This document shows, in pieces, positions 25,382-38,634 of a stretch of 64,000 nt of DNA. Positions within the stretch are counted from its first letter, which is position 1; the number at the start of each line of letters is the position of its first letter. The position numbers and the translations under genes were made by a program. The stretch lies in NCBI GenBank assembly GCA_001949185.1, contig BDGG01000003.1:3579158-3643157 (forward strand), given 5' to 3'. The DNA comes from Ramazzottius varieornatus. Lineage: Eukaryota > Animalia > Tardigrada. The notes beneath the pieces were generated by a model. It was given only the letters and a program-made list of their open reading frames with translations. It was not told where the DNA came from and did no database searches.

Positions 25382-26116
25382 TCACTCGTCCATGTCCATA
25401 TCCGACTGGCTTCGTCGTTCCCGGTTTGATGCTCGAGCTGGTCCAAGATCATGGTTGGGTCTTTGTCGTCCGTCGCGAGGATCTTCTTCGTTGACTTGGG
25501 TTCGCCCTCCAAACTTGGTAGGACCGACGAACGCTTGATCCGCCTTGCTTGGCGGAGCAAGGTTCTGGTGGTCATTCGTCGGCCATCCTCCTCCAGAGTC
25601 ACCGGGACGGCTTCTTCGTTGTCCGCCACTATCATGTCCACTTCCCTGGTGTCCACCACGTCCAACGTTGTTTCCTCGTTGTCCGCGATCACCACGTCCA
25701 CTGCCCCGTCCGGCGCCATCACCGCCTCTACGACCACCGCCGCGTCCGTCAGAGCGGCCATGAGCACCACCACGCCCACCGTAGCCTCGATCTCGGTTTC
25801 TGTTTGAGTTGCGTTGATGAGGCGGATGGTCGCCGAGGCGACGGTGATCGAAAGGTTTGCGCGGTGGGCCGATCGACCCGAAACTTATCCTCACATCCGG
25901 TCGACCCGCACTGACGGCGCTCTTGGCAGCCGCTGGTGCATCATGAGAGCCGGCTTGAGGAAAACGAAGGCTGGACAGCTGGATTGCCGGAGCGCCAGGG
26001 CTGGGGGATGGAACAGTTGGTTGGGTCGCTGCAATGGCTTTTTGGTTCGTTATCATTCCCTGTAGGATCAGCCATTCATCGGCTGTGAATCTCGGTTGAG
26101 CGAGAGACATACCCAT
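25382..26116 (-). CDS. Intronless RGG/low-complexity ORF immediately 3' of the LINE ORF2 (possibly element-borne)
   Basis: Frame is open over 25382-26389. MGMSLAQPRF start; long GRGG/RRGG tract. Confidence 0.35.
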   Translation of the reverse strand: MGMSLAQPRFTADEWLILQGMITNQKAIAATQPTVPSPSPGAPAIQLSSLRFPQAGSHDAPAAAKSAVSAGRPDVRISFGSIGPPRKPFDHRRLGDHPPHQRNSNRNRDRGYGGRGGAHGRSDGRGGGRRGGDGAGRGSGRGDRGQRGNNVGRGGHQGSGHDSGGQRRSRPGDSGGGWPTNDHQNLAPPSKADQAFVGPTKFGGRTQVNEEDPRDGRQRPNHDLGPARASNRERRSQSDMDMDE

Positions 26117-26259
26117 TGAGGGACCGAGGGAAAGCCAAACGGGGAACCAAGCGTGAAACCCATAGGAAATCCTGCGCTCGGCCCTGGCACTTGGTAGGGA
26201 GCATAGCTTCCACTCATCCCTCCAAAAGGGGTAATTCATTCTCTGGAAATTATAGTCGG

Positions 26260-29200
26260 TTACGTCATACGTCCGATCATCTGTCCATCGCTGCGAGTGC
26301 AAAGGACACAAGCGCTTTCGAAACATGCAGCCCAGCGCCATGCACCACTCGTTGCCAGTGGGGGACTGTGATGGACAGTTTTCGAGCATGCTTTGGAGAG
26401 AACAGTGTGACTCAGAACTTTACGGAAGAACTGTGCGAACAGCAGACAAGCAGGCACGTGTGCAGCAGTTAGACAACACATCAGACAGAGAACGAGATCG
26501 GTACAACTCGACACCCGAAGCTGCTCACAGAGGTCGCTTTGAAGAGGACCATCGAAGTGAGAACAGGTCGTCATAGAGTGCTTTATGTCTTCGATTCCGG
26601 CTAAGCACAGGTGGCATTTCCGATCTTCCCGGAGTACATGACTAGTTGCGGAGCCACATCGGCCCGTTTCAATAGACAGATTTAATGACGACAAAAGCAC
26701 ACGGCAGAATGTGTGCGCCAGTCCAACAGGGAACATAGTACTATCGGAAAGCCAGCCTGGCAGAGTATCGGGAGGCTAGACTTTCGCAAGCAAGTCGAGC
26801 TTCGGGGAGAGACCGAACAGACCGTGAACGGCAGCAAGAAACTAGTTTTCAGCCAATGCAAAGAATTCCGAGTGGTTAAAGCACGATATTTTCGCCATTG
26901 AAACCGCCTCAGAGTCTGAGTTCTTCAGCCCAAAAACAGGCTGCGAGCACCGTTTGTATATGGTTCCCCGTAACTTACGGTCGGCCAGCACCTGCTTCAG
27001 GGCACATGCTTCGAACTCGTCCACCGATGAGCGAACTGTTAGAGAAACTGTATAGAGAACTGTACGGTCATCTCGGCAGTTTGAAAGCTCAGAGGAAGCA
27101 GGCTCGTCAGATGATATACTCCGTGGTCAGGCGAGGTTCGCCTAACTCCCAGAAGGGATTTGACACAGCGAGTGAAAACCTGGTTCATCTTATCTCTCTT
27201 GAGCAAGCCAACATCCTGAGAGAGCCATTCGTTGAACATGCTATGGCCGGTCGAAGCTACCGATTTTGCAAAGGTGCCAAAAAGTTCGAGCCCCAGGTCA
27301 ACCGGCGCATAGGCTACTCTCTGCGTAACACCACAGAGCATCACAGCACACGCAGCAATCGCAGTCGGTACGTTCGCAAGCTTCGTCTGGGTTTAACGGT
27401 TTGAGCTGTTGACTGTAGCTCCGAGGTACTTGAACTGTGTGACGGTCTCAACTTCCGTGTCGCCGATGAAGAGGGGCGGAAGTCCTTCCAGACGAGCCTT
27501 CGTTCTGCTTATATGCATGACTGCGCATTTGGGGACGTTCAAGGCTAGAACAAGATCCCCTTCATATGTTCACAGAGTCGAGTGATAGTCAGCTGTGCGT
27601 GCTCGACGGAGACAGACAGAACCACGATGTCATCGGCGTACAACAGCAGAAATACTGGACGACCGTCCAGGTAATCTCCGCTTGTCTACCCGCGCTCACA
27701 TAATCATGTAACTTTGACAAATAGAAAATAAAAAGTTTGCCTGACGCTGGGTCTCCCCTGCTTCACGCCTTTCGTAATTTAAAAGGTTCTCCGCACTCGC
27801 CATTCGCGAAGACGGTACAGGAAGAGTTTTGGTAAACGTACTTAATGATTTTACAGAGCGGGAAAGGTGTCATGGACAGCTCGAGGAGCGACAGGAGTGC
27901 GCCGTGGTTTACGGTATCAAAGGCGGCCTTAAGATCGAGGAAGATCGCCACGCGATAGCCTCTGCGCGACAGGGAAGTTTCGACTGTGGCATAGTATGCG
28001 AGAAGCGCTTCCGAGCAACCCATAATGATGTACAGCATGGGGAAGGTACGAGACCAGCCTTCCGCACAGAAGTTTCATGAAGATTCTCATAGGTGGCGCC
28101 ATGATGGATATGTGGCGCAAATTTTCCAACGAGGCGGTTTTTCCCCTCTTTGGGATCGTCACGAGTTTCGACACGAGCCACTCAGGAGGCACGGCGCCAG
28201 AGCAAAGCATCTCGTTGAAACACGCCAGCACTAAAAGCTGGTAACCGCGATGATACGGTAGCAGTTTATAGTTCAGTGGGAAGCTTGTCGGGACCACTAG
28301 AGCTTTCGATTGAAAATTCGTGACGGCCCCCATGAGCTCGTCGATTGTCGGCGGCTCGTGGCAGCTCCTGCTGGCTGTCGTTCGAAAGAGCCATAGAACC
28401 GATTCATTGACCGGAACTGCTTCGGTTGGCTGTCCCATTATCTGGGAGAAATGCTGCGTGATCGTTCCTACAGCAAACGGTAAAGAGTTCTCAGAATTAG
28501 AGTCTTTGAACATATTCCAAAAGCTTCCGTGCCGTTTCGAGGTCAGGCGAGACCGCAGGGAGGCCGTGTGCTCGTTCACCTGCAGCAACCTCACTGTTAG
28601 GCGCATTCTAGCAGCCATAGTTTTCCTAGCCGCTGTGTCGCTGGTACTATAGTGGGCCTCTTTACTTTCCTTCAATCTGTTCCGAAGCGAATCAGAGGTT
28701 GACGCTCGCGTATGGTGAGCCGCGCGGGACTCAAAAGTCCACAGTACTTTCCCCACGGGTGCATGCGCGGTGAAACTAGTTTCTCCGCGCGTACACCCGC
28801 GGTGAAACTTGTCATAGTCCGCGGGTGGATGCGCGGAAAAAGTATATCACCGCCCATGGAGATTCCCCGCGCATGCACCCCCGGTGAAAGTACTGTGGAC
28901 CACGGACGTATCGAGGTCCCCAAAAGGTCCGCAATTTGGCCCTTTTCCTACGAAGTGTTCAACGACTATCTGTCGTGGTTGTGCCGGGCACAGGCCTGAC
29001 AGACAACTTTATAGAGAAAGGGCCAAATTACGGACCTTTTGGGGACCTCGATACGTCCTTGCTGTGGACTTTAGAGTCGAGCGGCTCACCATACTCGCGG
29101 CTGATACATGTGTGCTCTTCGCAGTTGAGCAACCATGCCGGGTGCTACGTCTAGCAGCGTTGACAGGCTGTCACACTGACCGAATGCGAAGGATGACGTC

Positions 29201-29600
29201 AGAGGACCCACAATTTCCTGCGCTGGCGTGGTCCAGTTGGTGCGGAACTTTGGCTGGTCAGAGGGCATCAGGCGCCGTCCCGAACCTTTTGTGTGGAGCG
29301 CAGGAAGTGTGACTTCTACGCATATGACTAGGTGATCCGAGAGGCCGGGATGTCGGTCCAGAACGTCAAAGCTACGTACAAGGGCCACGTCGGGCGAGCA
29401 CACCAGACGGTGATCAATGACAGCGCGTTCGATCGAATTGTGACAGTGTCGCTCGAATGTGAACTGGGGGGAGGGTGACTCCTTATCGAGATTATCTAGT
29501 CCATTGAGACTGATTAAGTCTACTTCTCGTGCATAGTCAAGAAACTGCTTGGACCGATACTTGCTTGGGTTTCGGTCTATATTGGGGAAGTACTTCACGA
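26260..29600 (-). mobile_element. Decayed, 5'-truncated non-LTR retrotransposon (APE endonuclease + RT)
   Basis: APE C-terminal motifs (FTF...VIDHRLV...LSDHLVI); RT motifs PPEWLVSKLVTIPK, FLDLKAAFDTVNH, GVKQGDP, LLYADDIV; C-terminal CHLC...HSMTTC. Multiple frameshifts. Confidence 0.9.
28711..29093. mobile_element. Non-autonomous DNA element with TATGG...CCATA termini and 6-bp TSD (IS3EU-like), inserted in the LINE
   Basis: TIRs TATGGTGAGCCGC...AAAGTCCACAG / CTGTGGACTTT...GCGGCTCACCATA. CTCGCG duplicated at 28705-10 and 29094-99. Two internal hairpins. Confidence 0.85.
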
Positions 29601-29768
29601 AAACAAGCTCGTTGTTGTTGCTAAAAAGGGTCGTTAAAGAGCATCAAGTGGTAAGTACAGTTTACGATCAGTCGAAGAGAGAAAAATGGCTCTTATGGGA
29701 GAAGTCAGAATACTGCTGGGCAAAGGGACTCAATGAGTGCCTCTTGATATGAATCAAGAATGAAAGCT

Positions 29769-31169
29769 TCAGTAAGACCGCGGGATAGCTGCGTTTATGC
29801 GGGACTCAATACCGCATTCGTTTGCTCCACGTCGAACTCTGACAAACCCTTTCTCACCCCAGGCAGGTCCCCAAGAATTTGCGACGGTCCAATACGGTAC
29901 ATCCAAGTTCTTGTCGTAGCCCCAACCGATAATCTTGGTGGCATGTGCTCCCGTATGGTTGCCCACGTAATGCTGATAAACACCTACGTAATATAACGCC
30001 GACTTTAGCGTAAACTGCCACATTCTATCGGAAGAACCAAAGTCCACAGCCTACCTGATTCATACGTCTTAAGATCCTCGTAGACTTGGAGGGAGCAAGT
30101 CACCGGTCCATTGGTCATAAGCTCACGTTGGATTTTCCTTTCAGACTCCTCGATCTCCCTCCGATCTTTTGGAAGTGCTGCGGTAACTTTCAACTTCGAC
30201 ACAACGTACCAGGAAGTTCCTGCGAGGGAACGTGTAGTCGGTGAACACGACAGGCCACTCTACAATCCAGAAAAGCCCTAAACAGTACCGTGATCAAGAT
30301 CGGCCACAGTTACCTTTGTGTAGGTCGCTGGCGTAGGTCTTTCGGTATCCGGGATAGCAAGAACGTTTGCATTTCGGTACGACCCGGATTGTTTCGTTCC
30401 ATGTATCCGGTGAGAACTGGTAAGCTTTGCAACCTTTCCTGGATGCATAATCACCACCGGTCACGAAACCAAATGTCTTGAAATGCTCGAACGCGTACTC
30501 GACAACTCCGCCGTTGCTACATAGCACAAAATTGATGGACAGATGATAGTTGATCAATAAAGTAGGAGGAATTTTTCTACTGTAAAATACCAGCTTCCGC
30601 ATTTGCGACAGCAACTGATCAAATCCTGCACAGACATATGGATATACGAGAAGCCTGTCTTGGAGAAGATACATAATCGATCTGACAAGACCTCAGATAC
30701 CGCGTGGGCCTGCAAAACAACGAATGAAGAACACAGCAGGAATCGGGTGCGAAAGTGGAGCCAGCCGTAAAGACCTATCCCGCAAGTATAGATATAATTA
30801 GTCCACAACTTGGTTGTTTACCCAGCAAGAGCCGCAGCCACCTTGGTCTCGGATTTCCTTCATGCTTTCACACTGCGGCCAGTTTTCACGTGCGTCAAAG
30901 CTCTCTGGTATGAGCAGCTTTGCTGCGAAACGAGAGAGAGGCTGTTGCGGAAATGAATCCATTTCATGATCCTGCAGGATGAATGTGCTGGAAGCTACAG
31001 CTGAAGGGCGAAAAGCTTTCTGGGTTGCGTTGTGTGGTTGATCTCCAATGGTCGCTCTCCAAGTAGCACCCGGGAGACTGTTCACGTAACGAGCAATCCA
31101 CGAGTCGTCTGACGCATAACAACCTAGAAAAATAACGAGCAGGCATATCGCTGCATGCATCCAATCCAT
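29769..31169 (-). CDS. CTSB: Cathepsin B-like cysteine protease
   Basis: Signal peptide; [12 protein letters not shown]...[11 protein letters not shown]|A; DLISCC; GGDY; NGPV; [11 protein letters not shown]; YWTVANSWG; GANECGIES. Confidence 0.93.
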
Positions 31170-31744
31170 CGTAAAACCCTTCCCCTCAAAGGTGAAGACT
31201 TCACCGGCTGTCGAGCACCCGAAAAAGGCTTTCCAGATCCCGATACTCTCGGGGTCCGGTGCAATTTACGATACTGGGCGGGATTTCGCCAACGGCGGAA
31301 GTTCCCGGCGCTCGATCCAGACAACGCAGGATGATCTAGTACACTTTCACGCCACACCGGTGTGGCAAAAGTGGCAGATTTGCATAGTCAGCTCTCGAAC
31401 TCAAGATGCATTGCCGATGCGTTATGATAGAAGCTCTTGAACAATTTCGACTTTCGAGGGAGGAAACCTAACGCGGTCAATTTATTCGCACACTCGAGTA
31501 CCGTGGCTATTCGTCCGTGAGAGTGAAACGCCGCAATTAAAGTTCACACCCAAATTGAGTATGATTTAGAATACCGTACATACTTACAGATAAAAATCAC
31601 CCGAAATGAATCAAACTTCTGATATGCGGTGAAAACTTTGAATATTGGAAGGAAAGAACGTTTCGAAAAAATGAGATAAAAACATGAAATATTTCGTCTG
31701 ATCTCCAACCAGTAGCGCTGGAATAGAAACTCTTGCGGAGGAAC

Positions 31745-34700
31745 CTACATAGCCTGAACTCGCTTCTTCAAATTCTCCAGCTGGGTCTGCATCTCTTTTG
31801 GAAGGTCGTCGGGAAGCTGATCGTTGTAGAAGCGGCCAACGGCTTCCGCTTCTTCCATCCAGAAGTCCTTGGGGATTCTGAACAGCTCGTCCATGTCAAC
31901 CGGCTCGTACAAACCGTCTGTTTTGATCGAGCCGAGCTTCGGCAAATATCCTGAAAAACGACAAGATATCCAACTGCGATACTATCGGTTATCAGATTTC
32001 AAGTGAGTCACTATGTAGATGGACGAAAGCAACGTGAGAGGATCCAGGTCAGCAAACGAACTGAACGTGATCGCTGTCTTTAGTGGCGCATCTTTTCATT
32101 GTTTTCGGGAGAGAAAGTGTGCCTCTTGGGAAAACGACCATCTCTAGGCCGCTTGCCGATATCCTACATATGATATTCAAGCATACTGTACCTACCGATA
32201 GGACTCTCGACTGCAACATCCTTGCCTTCCACTCGTTGGAAGATCCAGTCCAACACTCTGCAGTTTTCTCCAAAGCCGGGCCACAAGAATTTTCCGTTCT
32301 GCCCCTTACGAAACCAATTCACGTGGAAAATCTTCGGTAGCTGCATGCCAGAACGGTCAAACGACAGCCAGTGCTCAAGGTAGTGGCCAAAGTTATACCT
32401 GAATAAAAACAGTTTCAATTCAGACCGTTACTCATTCGAGACGCCGAAAACGTTTTTTGAGAGTTAAGCTCTGTCTTTTTTTTCACTGTGTGACTTACCC
32501 AAAGAACGGTCGCATGGCCATCGGATCGTGCAGAATGGTCTTTCCTCTGTCTTCAGCCGCTGCCGTAGCTTCTGAGCGCATGGCCGACCCGACGAACACT
32601 CCATGTTGCCAGTTGAAAGCTTCATATACCAGCGGAACACCTGAAAAGAACAACAGAGTTTCAGTCCTCTAAAGCTACAGACTCCGCCTGCAGTGCAGTT
32701 TCAGAAGTAAGAGTTCTGTTCAAAATACCTTCTGGTCTTCGGCCACCGAAGATAATGGCTGAAATGGGTACTCCTTTCGGGTCGTCCCACAGCGGGTCCT
32801 TTACGGGGCACTGGTCGACGGGAGCGCAGAACCTAGAGTTGGGGTGTGCGGCTGGCGTCTTGTCACCCAACTTCCACGGATTACCTTTCCAGTCTGTGAG
32901 AATTTTTCCTTCGATAGGAATATCTTTCTCGAGCCCTTCCCACCTGCACAGTGGATAATGTTCAGTTGCTCTTAATTAGAACAGTGTACTTTTGCGCTCT
33001 GAAACATTACCAGAAACTGCCATCTGGAGTCTCGGCCACATTTGTGAACATGGAGTTACTCATCATGGTCTTCATGGCATTCGGGTTACTTTGCATGGAT
33101 GTACCTGCAAAGTCAAGAAAGCGAATCAGGACCAGATCTGAAACAAGGCTAGATGCAAGAGCTTTGGCTAATTCTACCTGGTGCGACGCCGAAGAACCCA
33201 GCCTCGGGGTTGATCGCGCGCAGAACGCCATCTGCGTCAGGTTTCAGCCTACAGAAAACAAATAAGTAAAGTTACGTCACAACCTTGGGAGATGAAGACA
33301 AAATTCGAAGGTTATACCGCAAACATGTATACTGTGTCGTAAAAGGCGGTACTCTGTACAGTACTAACCATGCAATATCATCACCGACACACTCAACCTT
33401 ATAACCAGGTAAGGTTGGAATCATCATTGCCAAGTTGGTCTTTCCACAAGCGCTGGGAAACGCAGCTGTCACGTACTGCAAAACAAACATGGTGCGCTCT
33501 TATTTCCGCCCTTACATACGCTTTCTTACATGAAGGTGAATTAAATGACCAAGCCCTCAAGATCTGCATTTACAATACAATGTGTTGTTACGCACTATCT
33601 TCTTTCCCGCCGGGTTCGTCACGCCCAAGATCTGCAACAAGTAGGAAAGTTATCCGTGTAAGACCAGGTACTTCAGACAGGTACTTCTAAAGCTTGATGC
33701 ACGAACCAGCATGTGCTCGGCTAACCAGCCTTCTCGTTGTCCAATGATACTGCCAATGCGAAGAGCCAAGCATTTCTTGCCAAGTAGACTGTTTCCACCA
33801 TAGCCGCTTCCGAATGAACAAATCTCGTTCTTTTCGGGAATATGAGCGATTATGACCTTCTCTGGGTTACAAGGCCAACCATTCACAATTTTTCCTGAAA
33901 AAAATACCTAGCTAATTGACCCGCAATCACCAGAGATTGCTTAATCGTAACGCAAAAGACCTACGTTCTGTTGGCAAAGGTACACCGACAGAGTGCAGGC
34001 TCTTGACAAAATCTCCGTCTCCGAGTGCTTCCAAGACTTTGGTTCCCATTCGTGTCATGACTGTGTGCAGACAGAGTCAGCTAGGATTTATTCGTATATT
34101 ACTTCAGCAGAATTTCTTACTTTGCATGGAAGCAACGACGTACGGAACGTCCGTCAGCTCAATACCGAACTTCGACAGCGGCGACCCAAGTGGACCCATC
34201 GAATACGGAATTACGTACATGGTCCTTCCTGCAAGAAAAGGAAAGGAGCGACGGAGTTCATAGTAAACATTCTCGCACTACTGTCATCTTTCGTATTTCA
34301 CATTCAGCAAACCTTTCATGCATCCTGGAAAGCGCTCGTCCAGTTCTCTGTTGAGGTCCGATGGCGACATCCAGTTTCCCAGAATACCTTGCACGCCGGG
34401 TCGTGTTTTGGCCACCGTATCTCGCTCGTTCGTGGTAGAAATGAAGGTGAGTCGCTCCACCCGAGCCACATCAGCTGGATCAGTTCGCGTCAGCCAGCTA
34501 AAACCAGAAATAAAATGAAACTTTATGATGAGCACTTCACCCAGATAGCGGTCACATGACACTGCATGTACCAGTTAGTAAGACTCGGATGCGTCAGGCG
34601 CTTGATGTGGCCTTGCTTTTCCATCTCGTAGATGAGCCCTCTTTCTTCTTCGTTCGTTCCATCACAGATGAAGATCTTGTCCGGTTGGCATACCTGAGCA

Positions 34701-35050
34701 CAGTCGAGGATATAGCTCTGAACCTTCTCGCTCAGATCTTCCAAATTCCCTCTAATAACCGCAATTTCCTGGAGAAAAACAACACAATTGCTATATTAGT
34801 CTTTGCTTCTCGCCTCTCGCAACCTCGATTTTACCTGGATGCTTTGGCCCTTGAGATCGTTGTTGGGCTGGACCACAGAACTTCGTGCTTCCAAATTACT
34901 GAGCCTTCGAGCGATGTGAGATCTGAAAGGAGTGAAACTGTTGAGTAAAAGACTGCTACAGCTTGCTGCTGGACTGTCACGGCCAGAGTATGCACAGGCA
35001 CAGCCAGGCTGACGCCTTGTCCATCGGGATAACCGTAGTGCCCTCATCAT
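31745..35050 (-). CDS. PCK2: Phosphoenolpyruvate carboxykinase (GTP), probably mitochondrial
   Basis: [87 protein letters not shown]. Arg-rich N-terminus; start approximate. Confidence 0.95.
32050..32160. repeat. Intronic hairpin copy 6 (PEPCK last intron)
   Basis: TTAGTGGCGCAT(32080)-25nt-GTGTGCCTCTTG(32128)GGAAAACGA. Confidence 0.8.
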
Positions 35051-36859
35051 CCATCAATATCATAGAGAACCTAGTACCAAGGAATCGCTCGAACCGAGGT
35101 GAGCATCGAAAAGGAGAGAACTCGGATAGCAATTTCTTGCAGTAATTTTCTTGAAAAAGTAATTTCTGTTTGGCATGGATAGGCTAGCCTTACATACGCT
35201 CATCATGCACAGTTACAGTATTGTCGTTTTCGAACGCGCCTTCTGTTTCCACCAATCACAAACCACAGAGAGGCGGAGCCAGTCACGCCCCGCAAGCTGT
35301 GCTCGTTCTACCGAATGACTAAAGTCCTGTTTTCGTTGTTGCCGCGCTGGGAATCCTGGGATCAGGACCTCGATTCTGGATTGTCCAAGACGGAAGTTTT
35401 CTAAAGTGGATGGATACTGTACTGCTAAAGAACATTAACTCTGGCCCTACTACGTTTTCAAGCTGATGTGGTAAGCCTGCTCGTTCATGCTCGTTCAAGC
35501 CTCACTGAGCTTAGACAGTTACTCTGAGAAATCAGTATTCCCATGTTGCTCTATCTTCTGCAGAGATGGAAAGAAGAAAGTTAATACACTTACACTGCAG
35601 AGATGGAAGCCTTTCGAGAAGCATCAGGGACTCTCCGAACTTCTTCGGTATCAGATTCGGACGACATCTTGGTGATCTGGGAAAGTTACCAGGTGAGGAG
35701 AGAATTAGGGGCGATAAAAATATAGCTGAACCACTAGACGTGACGGATTAAGGCAACCTTACCGTCAAGCAGAAAGAGCAAGAATAACTTTGTGGTGGAG
35801 TCACGCAGTGGCAACGGTAAGATTACGGTAGCTCGAACCTTGATCAATGTGCATCGAACAAGAGTTACAAGACAGCCGAGACTGACAACAAGTCATACTC
35901 GTACTTCATCGTAACTTCGGTTTATCTTGCCTCGACTATCAACCATCTTTTCATTCGCCGTAATCACCAGGCAGTCAACGCGGCCTATATCTAGAAGAAC
36001 ATTGAAACTGGTATCGCGCAGCGAGGATCAGCCGATGCTTTGAAAATTGAATTGACTTGCAGGCATGCATTTGAGCTGAACGAGGAAAGACTTTATAACT
36101 ATTCTTGTGTGGCGCGCTTTCGTTATTGATTTTTTTTGCATGTGGTGGAAAGACTGACATTGCGTACTTTACACACCCCAGCTGAGGGAAACGAGCTTAT
36201 GTAGTCGCCGAGGGCGCTAATAATTTAGGCGTGTCTTTATAACTTCTCCGTTCTAGGCGCTGAAAGCAAGGCCTTCATCAATGCCGGTTGTGCTGAGCCT
36301 GTGCTTCCTGGTGAACTTTTCGGCGAATTTCTCCCAAAAACCAAGTTGAAGTTGGTCCCGATAGGGAAAATGAGCCATCGGTACTCGAATCGACCCAAAG
36401 ACCGCACTACCTCGTCAGATTAATTCTCATGTGCTCTTTGAAATATAAAAATGACGGGAACCCAGGGCGCGGTACGCAGACTACAACGGTCAATCGCTAG
36501 GCAAGTGGAAGAAAGTTTCTCCGTCAAAGAGCCAGTCGCCGTCGCCGTACCTAAAATAGCGCGACGGTTCAGGGAAATGGCGCGACGTTACCTACGCTGC
36601 TATTGTCGGACAAGGAGAGTAACTGTACCTGATGTAGGACGACTTTTCTACGTTGCTACAGAACTGCTCGACGGACCATCAGCGCCCGGTCTAAGCAATC
36701 GGCACACGAAGTGGAGTTGGTGGAGAAAACGCAGGTAAGACCTTCCATATCATTTATGGCCTTGCAGACTGGCACTACTGTAATGCTTCTTGAACTTCGC
36801 GAACTTACGTCATAAGTAAACGACGTAGAGTTTAAGGGGGCGATAACGCACACAGCATA

Positions 36860-38634
36860 CTGTATTCCCTCGATAGTTCTGCGAATTACGTCATCATGCC
36901 AGTAAATTACACCGGCACTGGTATCCCTGATTGTTCGATTGTCGCCCATCATTACACTTGAATGGGGAGCAGTCTTTGATTGAAGGTACTGTAGGGCTAC
37001 CAAATTATCGCGCACTTAACCACGTGACTAGTCATCGTTGCCCGGTGTAGTTAGCTGTGGCCGAAACTGTATGGGTTGATTGACTTGATTGTATAATTCA
37101 GTCGTTTCTGGAAAAATCTTTGGTTGAAATTCAGGTACAGTATGTTTCGAAGCTTAAGATTTATCATGGCAAAACCCCGCACCTTCTACACCGAGAAAGA
37201 CGCAAATGAAGCCTTGAGAAACTTTGAAGAAAGTGGACTGTCCAGAAGAATATATGCAAAGCTCGCACGAATACCTGAATCGACAATACGTCACTGGATG
37301 TGGGTAGAAGAACACCTGATGCGTTTACCTGACGATACCTGATGTTTTTTCTTTACAGAGAGAAGCTACCAGGCAAGCGTGGACGGAATAAGAGTCAGCA
37401 GGTACTGGATATCGCAGCCGAAGTAAGGAAGAGAATAGTGAAGAAGATCGAGTCGAAACGAATCACCCGCGATTCGGACATCAAGAAGGCTGCTGACCAA
37501 GTATCGAAGGAGCTGAACCTGGAACGTAACGTCCCTGGAACCTGGGTCTGGAAATGGAAGAAAGCCAACGGAATCACGTGCAGTATTCCCACTAAGGTTG
37601 GTAGGAAGACTAAAGACACAGAGGAAGATATCAAAGCAATGGAAAAGTATGAAGCGCAACTGGAAGAAATTCACAACCAACTGATCGATCCTTCGACCAT
37701 CTGGAATATGGATCAGACTTCCGTTATGCTTCAAAACCCTTACCGTAAGACTTCAGCGCTCAAGGGAGCAAATGAAGTCCGCATTGTCCAGCCTCCGGGT
37801 TATAAAGAGAACATGGCGGTGTTACTGATGGTTGCCGCTAACGGGACAAAATATCCCCCCGTGATCGTCTTCAAAGGCGCCAAAAAGACAGGTGTTTCTT
37901 TCGTCCAACGTCGTAAAGAAGCTGAACATTCCTGAAAATGTGATCGTAAAGAGTAACCAGAAAGGGTGGTGGACCAATGACTTCGATGTGGCATACCTGG
38001 GAGAAGCTTTTCCAGTCAACGACAAACAGGTAATCCAGATATTACGGCGCGATCATTGCAAAGCCCATTTGTGTCAGAATAGTGTTGACTTACTCAAAGA
38101 GCGCGGTGTCCAACAGTTGCTGATTCCGAAAGGCAAAACAGCAGACAAACAACCTCTCGATGTTGGGGTAAATGGTCCTTTTAAAGCTATAATGAGGCGA
38201 ATCTGTCACGAATGGATAGACAATCGGACGGCATTGATGAAGTCAGGATACCTGAAGAAACTCTCACGTCAAGATTTCGTCAACTTTGTGTCGCAAGCAT
38301 GGGAAGAGGTTTCTCCTGTGACTATTGACAGCTCTTTCGTAAAGGCTGGTGTTCTGCCAGAACCAACTTACATGCCGGCAGACTACGTGCCAGCTGGAGA
38401 TGATCCATTCGAGTTTGACTTTTCAGAGTCAAATTGTTCTCACCGTTTGGCTGTGTCATTGATTGTTGATAAAGCAGTAAAGCGTCTATAATTCCCGGCC
38501 GGGCATCATTTACTGTGCACGTGGTTAAGTGCGCGATAATTTGGTAGCACTACAGTATAGATACTTTCTGTTCCCCTCCGGATGATATTTACCACGACAG
38601 TCACGTGATTCGCAGAACTTTCGAGGGAGTACAG
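36860..38634. mobile_element. MITE of the 17679 family, split by a pogo insertion
   Basis: The two halves match the reverse complement of 17679-17884; TA at 36858-59 and 38635-36. Confidence 0.9.
36989..38555 (+). mobile_element. pogo-family DNA transposon, 38-bp TIRs, TA TSD, frameshifted transposase
   Basis: TIR CTGTAG(G/T)GCTACCAAATTATCGCGCACTTAACCACGTG at both ends with 1 mismatch. Transposase 37166-38491 has an HTH, WNMDQT, RRDHCKAH and QPLDVGVN, an intron at ~37303-37359 and a +1 frameshift near 37895. Confidence 0.95.

Noticed and set aside
37885-37935. Programmed frameshift in the pogo transposase
   Set aside because: A single extra T in GGTGTTTCTT explains it, and there is no canonical slippery heptamer. 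Most likely a mutation or assembly error.
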